In this document: piece after piece, positions 31,004 to 42,220 of the stretch
How the letters are laid out: every line of letters begins with the position of its first letter
Numbering within the stretch: the stretch's first letter is position 1
Source: Polyangia bacterium
Lineage (GTDB): Bacteria > Myxococcota_A > Polyangia > JAAYKL01
DNA length: 64,000 nt
Assembly: GCA_050287845.1 (NCBI GenBank)
Contig: JBNKCR010000055.1
Location: 64,001 to 128,000 of the forward strand
Direction: 5' to 3'
Translations under genes and position numbers: made by a program
Notes under the pieces: model-generated
What the model was told of the DNA's origin: nothing
Seen by the model: only the letters and a program-made list of their open reading frames with translations
Databases searched by the model: none

Positions 31004-34000
31004 ATGAAAATCACCGAGGTAGCTCTCAAATTTAACGTAACTGTTTACGTTTTAATCATTTTTCTCATCATCGCCGGAGCCATGGCAGTGAAATCCCTGC
31101 CCCTCGAGGCTGCACCGGAAGTGAAAATTCCCATTATGATTGTATCCACTGTCTACCCCGGGGTGGCCCCGGAAGACATGGAACGTCTGGTGACCAATGT
31201 CATGGAAAGAGAACTGGCCGATTTGAAGGATGTGAAAAAGATGAGTTCATCCAGTGCGGAGTCATACTCGTCGGTCACCATCGAATTCGAAGCGGACGTG
31301 GATTTGGACCTGGCATACCAGAAGGTAAGAGACAAGGTGGACAAGGCCAAGGTGGACCTGCCCGCCGATGCGGAAGAGCCAGCCATAATTGAAATCAACG
31401 TCGCAGAATTTCCTATGATGCTGGTGAATATATCCGGCGAATACAAACTGGATAAACTGAAGCAGATTGCGGAAACGGTTCAGGACGACATCGAAACCAT
31501 CCCCGGTGTTCTGTCGGTGGGGTTATCAGGCGGCCAGGACCGGGAAATCCACGTGTATCTCAATCCGGGAAAAATGGAGTACTACAAACTCGGTGTGGGT
31601 CAAGTTATCAACCGCATCCAACAGGAACACCGCACCACCCCTGCAGGATATCTGAATCTCGGGGGAAGCAAATATTCCGTTCGAATTCCCGGAGAATACA
31701 AGAATGTCCAGTTGATGGAGGATATCGTTCTCAAATCCCCGGGGGGAAATCCCATTCGGCTTAAAGATGTGGGCAAAGTGGTCGATGGATTCAAAGAGAG
31801 GGAGACCATCTCACGGATGGACAAGACCGAGTGCATTACCCTGCGGGTTGTGAAACGGGCTGGCGCCAATATTGTGGAAATCGCCGACCAAATTAAAGTG
31901 CTGCTGAAGGAAAGGCAGAATTCATGGCCGGAAACAACAAAGTACTCTATCAGACAGGATCAGAGCGAATTCATTGATGATATTGTCACGGACCTGGTGA
32001 ACAACATTGTCACCGGATTCCTGCTGGTTCTGCTGGTGCTTCTGTTCGCCATGGGAATTCGCAACGCGTTCTTTGTTGCCATCGCGATTCCCATGTCGAT
32101 GCTGATAAGCTTTGTGATTATCCAGGCCATGGATATCACCCTGAACATGGTGGTGTTATTCTCACTCATTCTGGCGTTGGGAATGCTGGTGGACAACTCC
32201 ATCGTGGTGGTTGAAAATATTTACCGACACGTATCGGAAGGCGCCAGCAGAAAAGAAGCTGCTCTCGCAGCCACCCGGGAGGTGGCATGGCCGATTATCG
32301 CATCCACCGCAACCACGGTAATGATGTTCGCCCCCCTGCTTTTCTGGAGCGGCATCATGGGTGAATTCATGAAGTATCTCCCCATCACGGTCATATCGGT
32401 GCTGACTTCTTCACTGTTTGTGGCGTTGGTTATCAATCCGGTTGTTGCATCGAATTTCCTCAAACCATCGGGAGAAAAAATGTTCGATGACACCGGTCAT
32501 GCCCAGGGATTCATCACATCCCGTTATCAGAAATTTCTCAACTGGGGACTCAATCACCCCTGGTTGACTCAACTGTGTGCCGCAGCCGTTTTCGCGGGAG
32601 TCGTTATGCTCTTTGGTCGTTATGGACAGGGAACAGAGTTCTTTCCCAATACCACACCGGAACGGGCTCAGATTACCATTTCCGCTCCCCAGGGAACAGA
32701 TCTTGAACATACAGACGAACTGGTCCGCACCGTTGAAGAAATCGCCATCCAGGAGAAAAACGTCAAAAATGTGGTCGCCAACGTGGGAATGTCCCGCGGT
32801 ATGGTGCAGCTGGGCTCCCCCACCAATGAAGCGGTGATAGACGTTGAGTTCAAGGATCGGAAGGATTGCATCGGCTCAAGCTGGGATACCATTGAGCATC
32901 TTCGGGAGGAACTGAAAAAGCTGGGAGGCGCGGAATATCGCGTTGAAACTGAAGAGATGGGACCACCGGCCGGCGCCGCCGTCAGTGTTGAGGTTTCGGG
33001 AGACAATTACGTGCAACTGAATGAGTATGCACAGCAAGTGAAGGAGTTTCTCAATGGCATTCGGGGTGTGGTCGACATCAAGGATGATTACGAAGCCGGG
33101 AAGCCCGAAATCAAAATAACCGTGGACAGAGAAAAAGCGATGATGCGCAAGGTGAACACCCAGAGCATCTCTACCGCCATTCGCGCCGCCATCAACGGCA
33201 TTGAGGCCAGTGTACTCCGGGAGGGGGAGGATGAATTTGACATCATTGTTCGCTATGATGAAAGTGCACGCCAGACCATCAATGATATTCTGGACATTCG
33301 GGTGACCGGCGAAGACGATGTGCAGATTCCGGTCCGTGACGTGGCCACGGTTTCCACAACCGGGGGATACGGAAGCATCAATCATATTGATCGCAAACGC
33401 ACCATCGCCATCACCGGCGATGTGGCCATGTCGTCCGGCAGAAGTAGCGGTGAAGTGATGACTGAAGTGGAGGCGTCACTCACAAAGGCGATGAAACTGC
33501 CGTCCGGGTACAAGTTCAACTTTTCGGGTGAAAACGAAGAAGAAAAGAAATCCGCGGACTTTCTTGCCCGGGCGTTCATGATAGGTTTCATGCTGATGGC
33601 ATTGATTCTGATTACCCAATTCAACTCCGTGATGCGCCCCGGTATCATTCTGGCGTCCGTAGTCATGTCGATGGTGGGGGTTCTGGTGGGGCTGATGATG
33701 ACCCAGAGCAAATTCTCCGTTATGATGACCGGTCTGGGAATTATCTCGCTCGCCGGCGTGGTAGTGAATAACGCTATCGTACTCATTGACTACACAGACC
33801 AATTAAAAAAAGGCGGGCTACCGCTCAAGGAAGCGCTGCTTCGCGCGGGCGTGGTGCGATTCCGTCCGGTGATGCTGACAGCGGTCACTACCATTCTTGG
33901 GCTTTTGCCCATGGCATTGGGTATCGGAATTGATTTCACAACGCTTCTGAATACCGGTGAAATCAACATCGAAATGGATGCATCATCTTCCGAGTTCTGG

Positions 34001-34390
34001 GGGCCCATGGCTCAGTCGGTATGCTTTGGATTGTTGTTTGCAACGTTGCTGACCCTTATTCTGGTGCCGGCGATGTATCAGTCGCAAAATTTAACTGCCG
34101 GTTTTTTAGGTCGTCTCTTTGGACTTCAAAAAAAGGACACAGCTGTTAAAGAGAAAAACAGAAAATTAAAAAAAGGCGACAAAAAAGGCGACAATGATAC
34201 CAGCTCGTCAGCGCCCCATGGGATGCAATCGGAATCACAAAAATCCGATGACGTACAGGATGGCGCACCATCCGAAAGTGACGCGTCGAATACAGATTCG
34301 CCCCCCCTGTCCACCGGCACGGGAGATGCAAAACGCGACTCGAATCGAAGCAGGAAAAAGAAACATTTGAAGAAAAAGGATCGAAAATGA
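31004..34390 (+). CDS. RND efflux permease (AcrB/AcrD/AcrF family)
   Basis: GMLVDNSIVVVENI, GVVVNNAIVLID and RFRPVMLTA; long charged C-terminal tail. Confidence 0.95.
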   Translation: MKITEVALKFNVTVYVLIIFLIIAGAMAVKSLPLEAAPEVKIPIMIVSTVYPGVAPEDMERLVTNVMERELADLKDVKKMSSSSAESYSSVTIEFEADVDLDLAYQKVRDKVDKAKVDLPADAEEPAIIEINVAEFPMMLVNISGEYKLDKLKQIAETVQDDIETIPGVLSVGLSGGQDREIHVYLNPGKMEYYKLGVGQVINRIQQEHRTTPAGYLNLGGSKYSVRIPGEYKNVQLMEDIVLKSPGGNPIRLKDVGKVVDGFKERETISRMDKTECITLRVVKRAGANIVEIADQIKVLLKERQNSWPETTKYSIRQDQSEFIDDIVTDLVNNIVTGFLLVLLVLLFAMGIRNAFFVAIAIPMSMLISFVIIQAMDITLNMVVLFSLILALGMLVDNSIVVVENIYRHVSEGASRKEAALAATREVAWPIIASTATTVMMFAPLLFWSGIMGEFMKYLPITVISVLTSSLFVALVINPVVASNFLKPSGEKMFDDTGHAQGFITSRYQKFLNWGLNHPWLTQLCAAAVFAGVVMLFGRYGQGTEFFPNTTPERAQITISAPQGTDLEHTDELVRTVEEIAIQEKNVKNVVANVGMSRGMVQLGSPTNEAVIDVEFKDRKDCIGSSWDTIEHLREELKKLGGAEYRVETEEMGPPAGAAVSVEVSGDNYVQLNEYAQQVKEFLNGIRGVVDIKDDYEAGKPEIKITVDREKAMMRKVNTQSISTAIRAAINGIEASVLREGEDEFDIIVRYDESARQTINDILDIRVTGEDDVQIPVRDVATVSTTGGYGSINHIDRKRTIAITGDVAMSSGRSSGEVMTEVEASLTKAMKLPSGYKFNFSGENEEEKKSADFLARAFMIGFMLMALILITQFNSVMRPGIILASVVMSMVGVLVGLMMTQSKFSVMMTGLGIISLAGVVVNNAIVLIDYTDQLKKGGLPLKEALLRAGVVRFRPVMLTAVTTILGLLPMALGIGIDFTTLLNTGEINIEMDASSSEFWGPMAQSVCFGLLFATLLTLILVPAMYQSQNLTAGFLGRLFGLQKKDTAVKEKNRKLKKGDKKGDNDTSSSAPHGMQSESQKSDDVQDGAPSESDASNTDSPPLSTGTGDAKRDSNRSRKKKHLKKKDRK

Positions 34391-35922
34391 AATATTCAAT
34401 GAACATCCTGTTGTCCGTTATGGTGGGATGCGCCATGCTTTTTTCTGGTCTGGCCATGTCCCAGACGCCGGAGACTCCATCGGCAGAAACTGACGATGCC
34501 AGGGACGCAGCTTCCGCAGATACAGCGTCGGAAAATCGTGAAACCGACACCGCCGACATGCCTCCGGTGCCGTTTTCAGAAGATAAGGGTGCCGCACTGC
34601 CCCGGATGACCGCAGACAGCTATCAGTTCAATGAGTCCGGTCCCCTGATCTCCCTGGAACGCGCGCAGCAGCTGGCCAGGAAAAACAATCCCTCTTTCCG
34701 AAACCTGGATGAACAGATTTATCAGTCTGAAGTACTCATCAAATCCGCCTGGGCGATGCTTCTTCCAACTGTCAGCGCTACGGCACAATTAATTCGGAAT
34801 CGGAAGGAGGCCAGCATGGCACTTCCTGATTTCCAGGATCCGAATTTCGGTCCCGCACTACTGGGCACCGCACCAATACCCATGGGGGATAAAATCGTCA
34901 TGCAGAAGAAATGGCAATCCTCCATTGGGCTGACAACAAACGTCACGTTGTTCAACGCCCGTTCCATTCCGCTGATTCAGAATGCGTATGACATGGTGGA
35001 CCAGCAGCGGCTCAAAGCACAGATTGCCCGCAACGACCTGTTATTCGCGGTAACCAGCGCCTACTACCAGATTGCCAATCTTCGGGAGCTGGTCAACGTG
35101 TATGCGGACAACATTACGGTTGCCAAAGAATCCCTTCGCATGGCGGAAGCGCGGAAGCTCGTAGGCCAGGGGACGCAGATTGATGTGATGCGCGCACAGA
35201 TACAGCTGAAAGAGATGGAACAGACCCTGGCCGATGCGGGGGATGCATACAACACGGCGAAACGAAGCCTTGCCCTGTTTATCGGAGTTAAAGGCGACTT
35301 TCAGTTGGTTATGCCCAGGCAGATTCAGAATGTGGAACAGACCGAAGCATCACTGACCGACTCAGCGTTGAGCAATCGCGTGGAACTCAGAAGCGCGGAG
35401 ATGGACGTGGTATTGGCACGCCGCATGATTGAAGAGACCCGAAACAAGTGGATTCCAAAATTTGACGCCACCTTCAAGGTGGACCTCAGCAATGTGGAAG
35501 GCTTCAGTGGCGAAAAGGTGAACTGGATGCTCATCTTCGGTATGAACTGGTCCATTTTTGAGGGAGGTGCGCGACTTGCGGAAAGAGACGAAAGAGCGTC
35601 GAAGATTCGTATGGCGCAGAACCAGATTGATCAGCTGAAACTGGACATAAAAACGGATGTTGCAAACAAAGTACAGGACAAAATCTCAAAACAGCGCAAG
35701 CTGGAGGTATCCGGAGAGCTGGTGGCACTGGCCGAAGAAAATCACAAAATGATTTCGAAGCAATACGAAGTAGGCATGGCCAATAGTCTGGAGCTCACCG
35801 ACGCCGCCAATGAACTGGCGAATAAAAAAGTCATGCAGGTGGTGGCCAAACTGGAATACGAACTCGCCCTGCTGACCCTGGGCAAAACCGTTGGCGAATA
35901 CTCCTCGCTCGCACTGAAATAG
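34387..35922 (+). CDS. TolC-family outer-membrane efflux protein
   Basis: Signal peptide, helical OEP repeats, YEVGMANSLELTDA; last gene of the RND operon. Confidence 0.9.
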   Translation: MKYSMNILLSVMVGCAMLFSGLAMSQTPETPSAETDDARDAASADTASENRETDTADMPPVPFSEDKGAALPRMTADSYQFNESGPLISLERAQQLARKNNPSFRNLDEQIYQSEVLIKSAWAMLLPTVSATAQLIRNRKEASMALPDFQDPNFGPALLGTAPIPMGDKIVMQKKWQSSIGLTTNVTLFNARSIPLIQNAYDMVDQQRLKAQIARNDLLFAVTSAYYQIANLRELVNVYADNITVAKESLRMAEARKLVGQGTQIDVMRAQIQLKEMEQTLADAGDAYNTAKRSLALFIGVKGDFQLVMPRQIQNVEQTEASLTDSALSNRVELRSAEMDVVLARRMIEETRNKWIPKFDATFKVDLSNVEGFSGEKVNWMLIFGMNWSIFEGGARLAERDERASKIRMAQNQIDQLKLDIKTDVANKVQDKISKQRKLEVSGELVALAEENHKMISKQYEVGMANSLELTDAANELANKKVMQVVAKLEYELALLTLGKTVGEYSSLALK

Positions 35923-36129
35923 GCACGTTCCCAAAGCAAACTCCGACGAATTGCGCCAACAAAACTGATCCACATTGATGTCTCCCCACTGGTTCGTACT
36001 CTGATCCGCAACTTCAATTCTGGCCTTTTTCCGATAAACCGTTCCACGTTCCAGAAACTGCAGGTATTCTTTAAACGACACAGCAGACATGCCGGGGGAT
36101 AAATATTTTTTTTGCACTCCGGAAGGCAA

Positions 36130-38133
36130 TTATTTATTCAGAAGGGCCTTCGCGCGCGCAAGAACGTTGTCCACGCTGAATCCGAACTCGCGAAGCGCAA
36201 TGTCTCCCGGACCACAATGTCCGAAGCCATTGATCCCTATCACATCGCCGTCGTTCCCGGTATAGCGCTCCCATCCGAATGGACTGCCTGCCTCAACGGC
36301 CAGACGTTTACGGACATCGGTCGGAAGAATGGATTCCCGGTATGCATCGGACTGGATGTCAAACAGCTCAAACGACGGCATGGATACCGCCCGGGCTTTC
36401 ACGCCGTCCGCAGCAAGCTGCCGTGCGGCCTCGACACACAGGTGCACTTCCGAGCCGGTACCTATCAGAATAATTTCGGGTGTTCCGTCGCATTCAAACA
36501 CGGTGTAGGCGCCCCTGGCCACATTGTCTGCCGTGGACATCTCCAGTTGCGGCAGATTCTGACGGGTCAGGGCCAGGGCTGTCGGCGCATTTCTTCTCTC
36601 CATAGCCACTTTGTAGGCACCGGAGACTTCATTGCCATCAGCGGGACGGATAACGGCGAGATTTGGAATCAGACGCAGCGATGTGACATGCTCCACCGGC
36701 TGATGGGTGGGGCCATCTTCTCCAACGGCAACGGAATCGTGGGTAAAGACATACACAACCCCCGCATCAGAAAGTGCTGCGATACGAATGGCGTTTCTCA
36801 TATAATCGGCAAACACCAGGAAAGTGGCACAGAACGGTATCAACCCGGAACCATGTAACGCAATCCCATTGCTGATGGCCCCCATGGCGTGCTCTCTCAC
36901 GCCAAACCGGATGTTGCGATTCTCGTATGCGTTTTTCTGGAAATCACCGCTGCTTTTAATGAGGGTCAGATTCGATGGTGCGAGATCCGCCGATCCACCG
37001 AAAACACCACTGAGTGCACCGGCTGCCGCGTTAAGGGCGATGCCCGAAAGAGCCCGCGTTGCCATGGGCTTGTCTTCCGGCGTATATACCGGCAGTGCAT
37101 CTGCCCAGTCCTGTGGCAGCTTGCCAGAAATCTGCGCCTGATACGCAGCATGTTCAGCGGGATATGCTTTTTCATATTTGTCGACCATTGACCGCCATTC
37201 GGTTTCGGCCGCAGCCCCCCGCGTCACACACGTCTTCATGTTTGCTTTCACGTCTTCGGGAATTTCAAATGGTCCGGCTGTCCACCCGAGATGCTTGCGG
37301 GCACTCGCCAATTCGTCTGCCCCGAGCGGCGACCCATGACATCCGGAAGTTCCCTGTTTGTTCGGCGCACCGTATCCAATGGTGGTGTGCACGCGAATCA
37401 ATGTGGGTCTGTCGACAGTTTCTCTGGCCAGACGCAGGGCTGCTTCAATGCCTTCAAGATCGGTATTGCCGTCTTTCACCTCAAGCACCTGCCAATTGTA
37501 CGCTTCAAAACGTCTGGTCACATCCTCGGTAAATGCCAGAGTAGTGGCTCCGTCAATGGTGATCTTGTTGTCATCGTACATCACAATCAGCTTGCCGAGC
37601 CCAAGATGTCCCGCCAGAGACGCGGCTTCGCTGGAAATACCCTCCATCAGGCAACCATCCCCTGCGATGCAATAAGTAAAATGATTGATAATCTCATGTC
37701 CCGGCTTGTTGTATGTCGCCGCCATGTGACGTTCCGCGCAGGCCATTCCCACGGCATTGGCAACGCCCTGCCCGAGTGGTCCAGTGGTCACTTCCACCCC
37801 CGGAGTTACTGTATTCTCAGGATGACCGGGGGTCTTCGAACCCCACTGACGAAATTGCTTTATATCTTCAAGCGTCGGAGATTCGTACCCGGTCAGGTGC
37901 AGAAGCGAATACAGCAGCATGCTTCCGTGCCCCCCGGAAAGAACAAATCTATCCCGATTCGGCCAAGCGGGATTTTCAGGATTGTGATTCATGATTCGGT
38001 TCCAGAGCACGTATGCCATCGGTGCGCCGCCCATGGGTAACCCGGGATGACCGGACCTGGCTTTTTCAATGGCATCGGCGCTCAGGAATCGAATTGCATT
38101 AATTGAGGCAAAATCAATGTCTTTTGTACTCAT
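36130..38133 (-). CDS. tkt: Transketolase
   Basis: [33 protein letters not shown] and [11 protein letters not shown]. Confidence 0.97.
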   Translation of the reverse strand: MSTKDIDFASINAIRFLSADAIEKARSGHPGLPMGGAPMAYVLWNRIMNHNPENPAWPNRDRFVLSGGHGSMLLYSLLHLTGYESPTLEDIKQFRQWGSKTPGHPENTVTPGVEVTTGPLGQGVANAVGMACAERHMAATYNKPGHEIINHFTYCIAGDGCLMEGISSEAASLAGHLGLGKLIVMYDDNKITIDGATTLAFTEDVTRRFEAYNWQVLEVKDGNTDLEGIEAALRLARETVDRPTLIRVHTTIGYGAPNKQGTSGCHGSPLGADELASARKHLGWTAGPFEIPEDVKANMKTCVTRGAAAETEWRSMVDKYEKAYPAEHAAYQAQISGKLPQDWADALPVYTPEDKPMATRALSGIALNAAAGALSGVFGGSADLAPSNLTLIKSSGDFQKNAYENRNIRFGVREHAMGAISNGIALHGSGLIPFCATFLVFADYMRNAIRIAALSDAGVVYVFTHDSVAVGEDGPTHQPVEHVTSLRLIPNLAVIRPADGNEVSGAYKVAMERRNAPTALALTRQNLPQLEMSTADNVARGAYTVFECDGTPEIILIGTGSEVHLCVEAARQLAADGVKARAVSMPSFELFDIQSDAYRESILPTDVRKRLAVEAGSPFGWERYTGNDGDVIGINGFGHCGPGDIALREFGFSVDNVLARAKALLNK

Positions 38134-38288
38134 TATCTCTCCACCTTCAGTTGATTACAGAATGAACCCCACCGGTTGCAAAACACATTTGTGAGGCTGG
38201 AATTTGGTGTATCTATTAACACCCCCAGTCACTTTCGGCCAGTATTTTCAGGGAAAAAGACGGCACCATCCACCTTGCGACAGACACA

Positions 38289-40532
38289 TTAAATGAGACC
38301 GCGATTGCGCCGAAGCCACCATTCTCCCAATGCCAGACCGAAGAGCAGCAAAAACGCCAGGGGATGAGACCATAGCGCGGTATCCTTCCTCGAAAGCACG
38401 CTATCCCCTTGAACTGATTTCAATTTCAAATCTTCAACGCGAACATCGCCATCGAAAAATTCCCCACCGGTGGCTTCGCTGATGTCCCGCAACACCGCCG
38501 CATTGGGCGACAGATTGTTCATTTCCAGATTCGCCGAAGCCACCAGAAAGGAGTCGGTTATTTCGAGATTTTCTGAGGGTACAGACACTCGAACCCTGTG
38601 CGGGCCACTGTCCGTGGGTCGCCAGACTTGACGATACTTACCCGAGCTGTTGGTTACTCCTTCGAGGGTTTCAGACTGAAGCTGCTGATTTTCGCCCTGC
38701 CAACTGATTTGAATGTTCAATTTCTCACCAGCCGCAGACGTGTAATCCCGATTCATCACCGAAATGCCAATGTTGACCGGACCACCTCCACCGGAATTCT
38801 CCCCTTCCCGTTCAATATCCACTATCAACCGCGAAAGCTCCCTGGACCGGGTCAACCATCGGATGGCCTGTTTCCAGAACTCCGAATAATAGCCGGAGGG
38901 TGCGCCGGTCATCGCTGCGCTGAAGCCCCAGTTCCACAGGCTGTCCGTGGCAATCACCAGTGTGCGACCACTCCCCGATTCTGAAACGGCCATCAGGGGG
39001 ATGCCATGGTCGCGGTCACGGATATGCGAATGGGCCATCAATACCTGCGCATCATTCTGAACGCGCTTCATATGAACGATACCGTTCAACCGGGGCAGCG
39101 AACGAATCTGCTCCTCCGGCAGATCATCTCTGCCGGTTCGCATGAACAATGGATGACGTTTTCCGGTATCAGTGAGTATCGGCGCGAACGGGGCGTCGCT
39201 GAGCAGTCTTGAAGAGGGTGTATTTGCAGATGGAAATGCGAGAGGCAATAATTTACCCAATTTTGACTGGGCAATCGCTGCCGAGGTCAATCCGTTCACG
39301 CCGCCCATCACAACCAACGCCCCGCCATCGTTCACGTAATCTGCAATCTGATCCAGATAGGCATCAACACCGACGGATTCGGGTGCGAAATCCTGAAATA
39401 CCACCACATCAAACTCTCTGAGATGCTCGGTGAACAGCTTCTGGGTGGGAAATGGAATCAACGAGAGCCCGGCGTTGCTCTGTGTGGTGGACTGATACGC
39501 AGTTCTCAGCAAATAAAAGGAAACCAAATCCACCTGTGGCCAGTTGGTCAACGTGTCCCTCAAAAAACGCTGGTCCCAGCTGGGGGCGCCGCTGACATGA
39601 AGAACGCGAAACTTGTCCCGGAGCACGTTCAGCTCCACAAATCGACTGTTGTTTTCAGTGATGTCTTCGTCCGGGTGAGCGGGGATTTCCACCTGGTAAA
39701 TATGTCGCCCCGGGTATTTGGGCACCACCTGAAATGTCAGTTGACCGAGTCCATCGATGACGGTCGCTGTTTTCTGTTGCAGTAACTTGCCGTCTTTCAG
39801 CAGATTCACCTTCACCTGAGTGAGCGGCAACCCGTGATTCTCCAGGGTGACCCGAATCGGGTTCACCTTCCTGGAAAAGGCAAAGTCATCCACCAGAATC
39901 TCTTTTACAAGTATATCTTTGCGCTCGCTGTCGCTCCCCACAAATGCCACGTTGAACGGCACTCCCAGTTCCCGGAATTTCTCAATCGGAGCGTTGGACG
40001 TATCGGCGCCGTCACTGAAAAGCAATACGCCGGCGAAGTGTCGTTCGTCGTTCAATCCCGCCAGATACGACACCATACTCTGAAAGCTGGTCGCACCCGG
40101 TTCAGCATCTTTCAGGGTCAATTGCTGTAAGCTTTCAACCGGGCCTGCAGATTTGGCAAAGGAAAAAAATTGGACGTCCAGCCCAGTTGGAGTCATGTGC
40201 GGCCCCAATGTGCGGTTGGCCAGGGAAAGGGCCGAAGACAGACGATTCCCCGTCTCCGGATACCCCATGGATGCAGAAGTATCAAACACAACAGCCACCG
40301 GTGTTGGCGTGGGCGATGTCCGGGTCACAATGAGGCTGGGCTGCATCAGCATGTATGTGGCACATCCACAGATAGCCAGCCGGACTCCGGAGACGCCCAC
40401 CCGAAATTGCCAGCCGTTCTGGGGATCGATACTGACGAACGTCCATATTGTCATCCCAATCGAGGCCACCAGCGCAAGCACAACGATGGGATTAGAAAAA
40501 GATAGAATGGAACTTATCTGCCACGATTCCAT
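38289..40532 (-). CDS. Membrane protein with vWA and glutamine-amidotransferase-like domains
   Basis: DTSASM (MIDAS), LFSDG, GGALVVMGG, FWKQAIRWL; C-terminal TM with EWWLRR. Confidence 0.75.
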   Translation of the reverse strand: MESWQISSILSFSNPIVVLALVASIGMTIWTFVSIDPQNGWQFRVGVSGVRLAICGCATYMLMQPSLIVTRTSPTPTPVAVVFDTSASMGYPETGNRLSSALSLANRTLGPHMTPTGLDVQFFSFAKSAGPVESLQQLTLKDAEPGATSFQSMVSYLAGLNDERHFAGVLLFSDGADTSNAPIEKFRELGVPFNVAFVGSDSERKDILVKEILVDDFAFSRKVNPIRVTLENHGLPLTQVKVNLLKDGKLLQQKTATVIDGLGQLTFQVVPKYPGRHIYQVEIPAHPDEDITENNSRFVELNVLRDKFRVLHVSGAPSWDQRFLRDTLTNWPQVDLVSFYLLRTAYQSTTQSNAGLSLIPFPTQKLFTEHLREFDVVVFQDFAPESVGVDAYLDQIADYVNDGGALVVMGGVNGLTSAAIAQSKLGKLLPLAFPSANTPSSRLLSDAPFAPILTDTGKRHPLFMRTGRDDLPEEQIRSLPRLNGIVHMKRVQNDAQVLMAHSHIRDRDHGIPLMAVSESGSGRTLVIATDSLWNWGFSAAMTGAPSGYYSEFWKQAIRWLTRSRELSRLIVDIEREGENSGGGGPVNIGISVMNRDYTSAAGEKLNIQISWQGENQQLQSETLEGVTNSSGKYRQVWRPTDSGPHRVRVSVPSENLEITDSFLVASANLEMNNLSPNAAVLRDISEATGGEFFDGDVRVEDLKLKSVQGDSVLSRKDTALWSHPLAFLLLFGLALGEWWLRRNRGLI

Positions 40533-41326
40533 TACGGAGTATCCTCACCGGCGTTGGAAAATCGCTTGTGTGGCATCTCGTCTTTGTAGTTGCCACACAG
40601 GGCATACATCACCAGATTCACACCGAGCCGAAACGCATTCTCCCGTTGCCTGCTTCCTCCCGGGACTTCGAATTCCCAGTTTCCGAGGTTATCTCTTGCC
40701 CAGGCGCCCCCCATATCGTGATCTCCCTGGATAACAGCCACCCGATCACCGATTCGGTATCCGGTCAGTCCTTCCGAACCTTTGTGAAGTCCCGCAGCAC
40801 TCTGTAACTCATAAAATGACCTGTATATGACGTGCCCCGGAAGTATCTGCTCGGATTCCTGGTCCGGGAAAATCGCCTTCAGAAATGTGGCAATGCTCTC
40901 TGCAAATTCCTTGCTGTCGCCGTCATCGGTAAATGCAGGGTCAATAATGAGAGTTCCGCCCAATTTAAGAAATCGCTGCAACACTTCAAGAGCAGAATCG
41001 GTAAACGGCGTAAAGCCGCGATCTCCGGACATATACAGCAACGGACTGGTCGCCAGCTTGCCGGCAAGCGGTCGGGTACTCGAAGGTTCCAGCGCGGAGT
41101 CGATGGCGGTTCGCTTCTGCAATTCAAACGCCAATCGGCGCAGGGCCGTTGGTCTGGGTTGCCAGTTTCCACCGGAATAGATTAACTGGGTCAAATCAAT
41201 TTGCGATGATGCACCAATGGCACGCCCTCCCCGCGACCACAACAGCGCGCCGGCGGCACACAGGGTTCCCATGAATGCACGTCTCGAAATCCCTGATGAA
41301 TGTTTCCTGTTTTCTGCGCTCAACAT
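40532..41326 (-). CDS. DUF4159-domain protein with Tat signal
   Basis: SRRAFM twin-arginine motif, GGTLIID, HVIYRSFY and AFRLGVNLVMYAL. Confidence 0.8.
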   Translation of the reverse strand: MLSAENRKHSSGISRRAFMGTLCAAGALLWSRGGRAIGASSQIDLTQLIYSGGNWQPRPTALRRLAFELQKRTAIDSALEPSSTRPLAGKLATSPLLYMSGDRGFTPFTDSALEVLQRFLKLGGTLIIDPAFTDDGDSKEFAESIATFLKAIFPDQESEQILPGHVIYRSFYELQSAAGLHKGSEGLTGYRIGDRVAVIQGDHDMGGAWARDNLGNWEFEVPGGSRQRENAFRLGVNLVMYALCGNYKDEMPHKRFSNAGEDTP

Positions 41327-41576
41327 AAAATACTTTGGGACGTTATTAATCCGTTTCCAATTTTTCACAACCATTGTATGAAAGCAATCTATATTCGTCA
41401 GGGGCGATGGCAAAGCCACGCTTAACTGATTAGACCGTATTGGCGTCGTTGTCGGGACAGAAAATACCTGTCTGTATCATCCGTTTTTTCGCCAATGGCA
41501 TGGTGAACCCAAGCTGTTTTTGAAACCAATCGGCTTTGCAATTGCCCACCTGACTTGCCCATTATGGAGAACGAAA

Positions 41577-42206
41577 ATGAAGCTTTCAATTTTCACAGTA
41601 ACTGCATGCACTATTACTCTTTCTCTTATTGTATCAACTGCAGCCCATGCCGAAGGCGAGCGCGACAAATTGCAACGGGACCATCATTTCCAGGGGGTCT
41701 TGAACGTCACCACCGGCAGTGGCTGGTACATGGTGGCGCCATACGACAAAAATAATCCGGCCAAAGCCTGCGGGTATCCGGATGACGGTCGAATGGGAGA
41801 AGCGGAACCGGTCTGCACTGGACGCTCCACCTGGTATGTGGATTTTCTGGGCGGATTCGGAGTTCGCCCCGGTCTCGAACTGGTGGTGATGTATCGTCAG
41901 GGTGTGGAATCAGCCACTCTCGGAAGTCCGCAGCCCCGCCGCATTGGAATGGGATTTAAAGTATATAAGCCAGCAAACAGTCTGATTAAAATGGGCTTCG
42001 GGGTGATTCCGTTGATTGATTTTTCAACCCGTCCCTCGGGTTCAGAAGAGCGAGGCGACCTTGTGATTCACATTCCCATTCTGCTTCAGTTTGATATTGT
42101 AAGATGGTTTGGCGCCTATGGTCAGGTCGCGCCCAATATATCCTTTATCTCGGAGTTTCGCTTCGACATCAACTTTGGTATCGGAATTCAGGTGCGATTT
42201 CCGTGA
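41577..42206 (+). CDS. Hypothetical outer-membrane beta-barrel protein
   Basis: GGAG RBS, signal peptide (AHA), amphipathic strands ending GIQVRFP. Confidence 0.65.
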   Translation: MKLSIFTVTACTITLSLIVSTAAHAEGERDKLQRDHHFQGVLNVTTGSGWYMVAPYDKNNPAKACGYPDDGRMGEAEPVCTGRSTWYVDFLGGFGVRPGLELVVMYRQGVESATLGSPQPRRIGMGFKVYKPANSLIKMGFGVIPLIDFSTRPSGSEERGDLVIHIPILLQFDIVRWFGAYGQVAPNISFISEFRFDINFGIGIQVRFP

Positions 42207-42220
42207 ACCGGGGGTGACAG

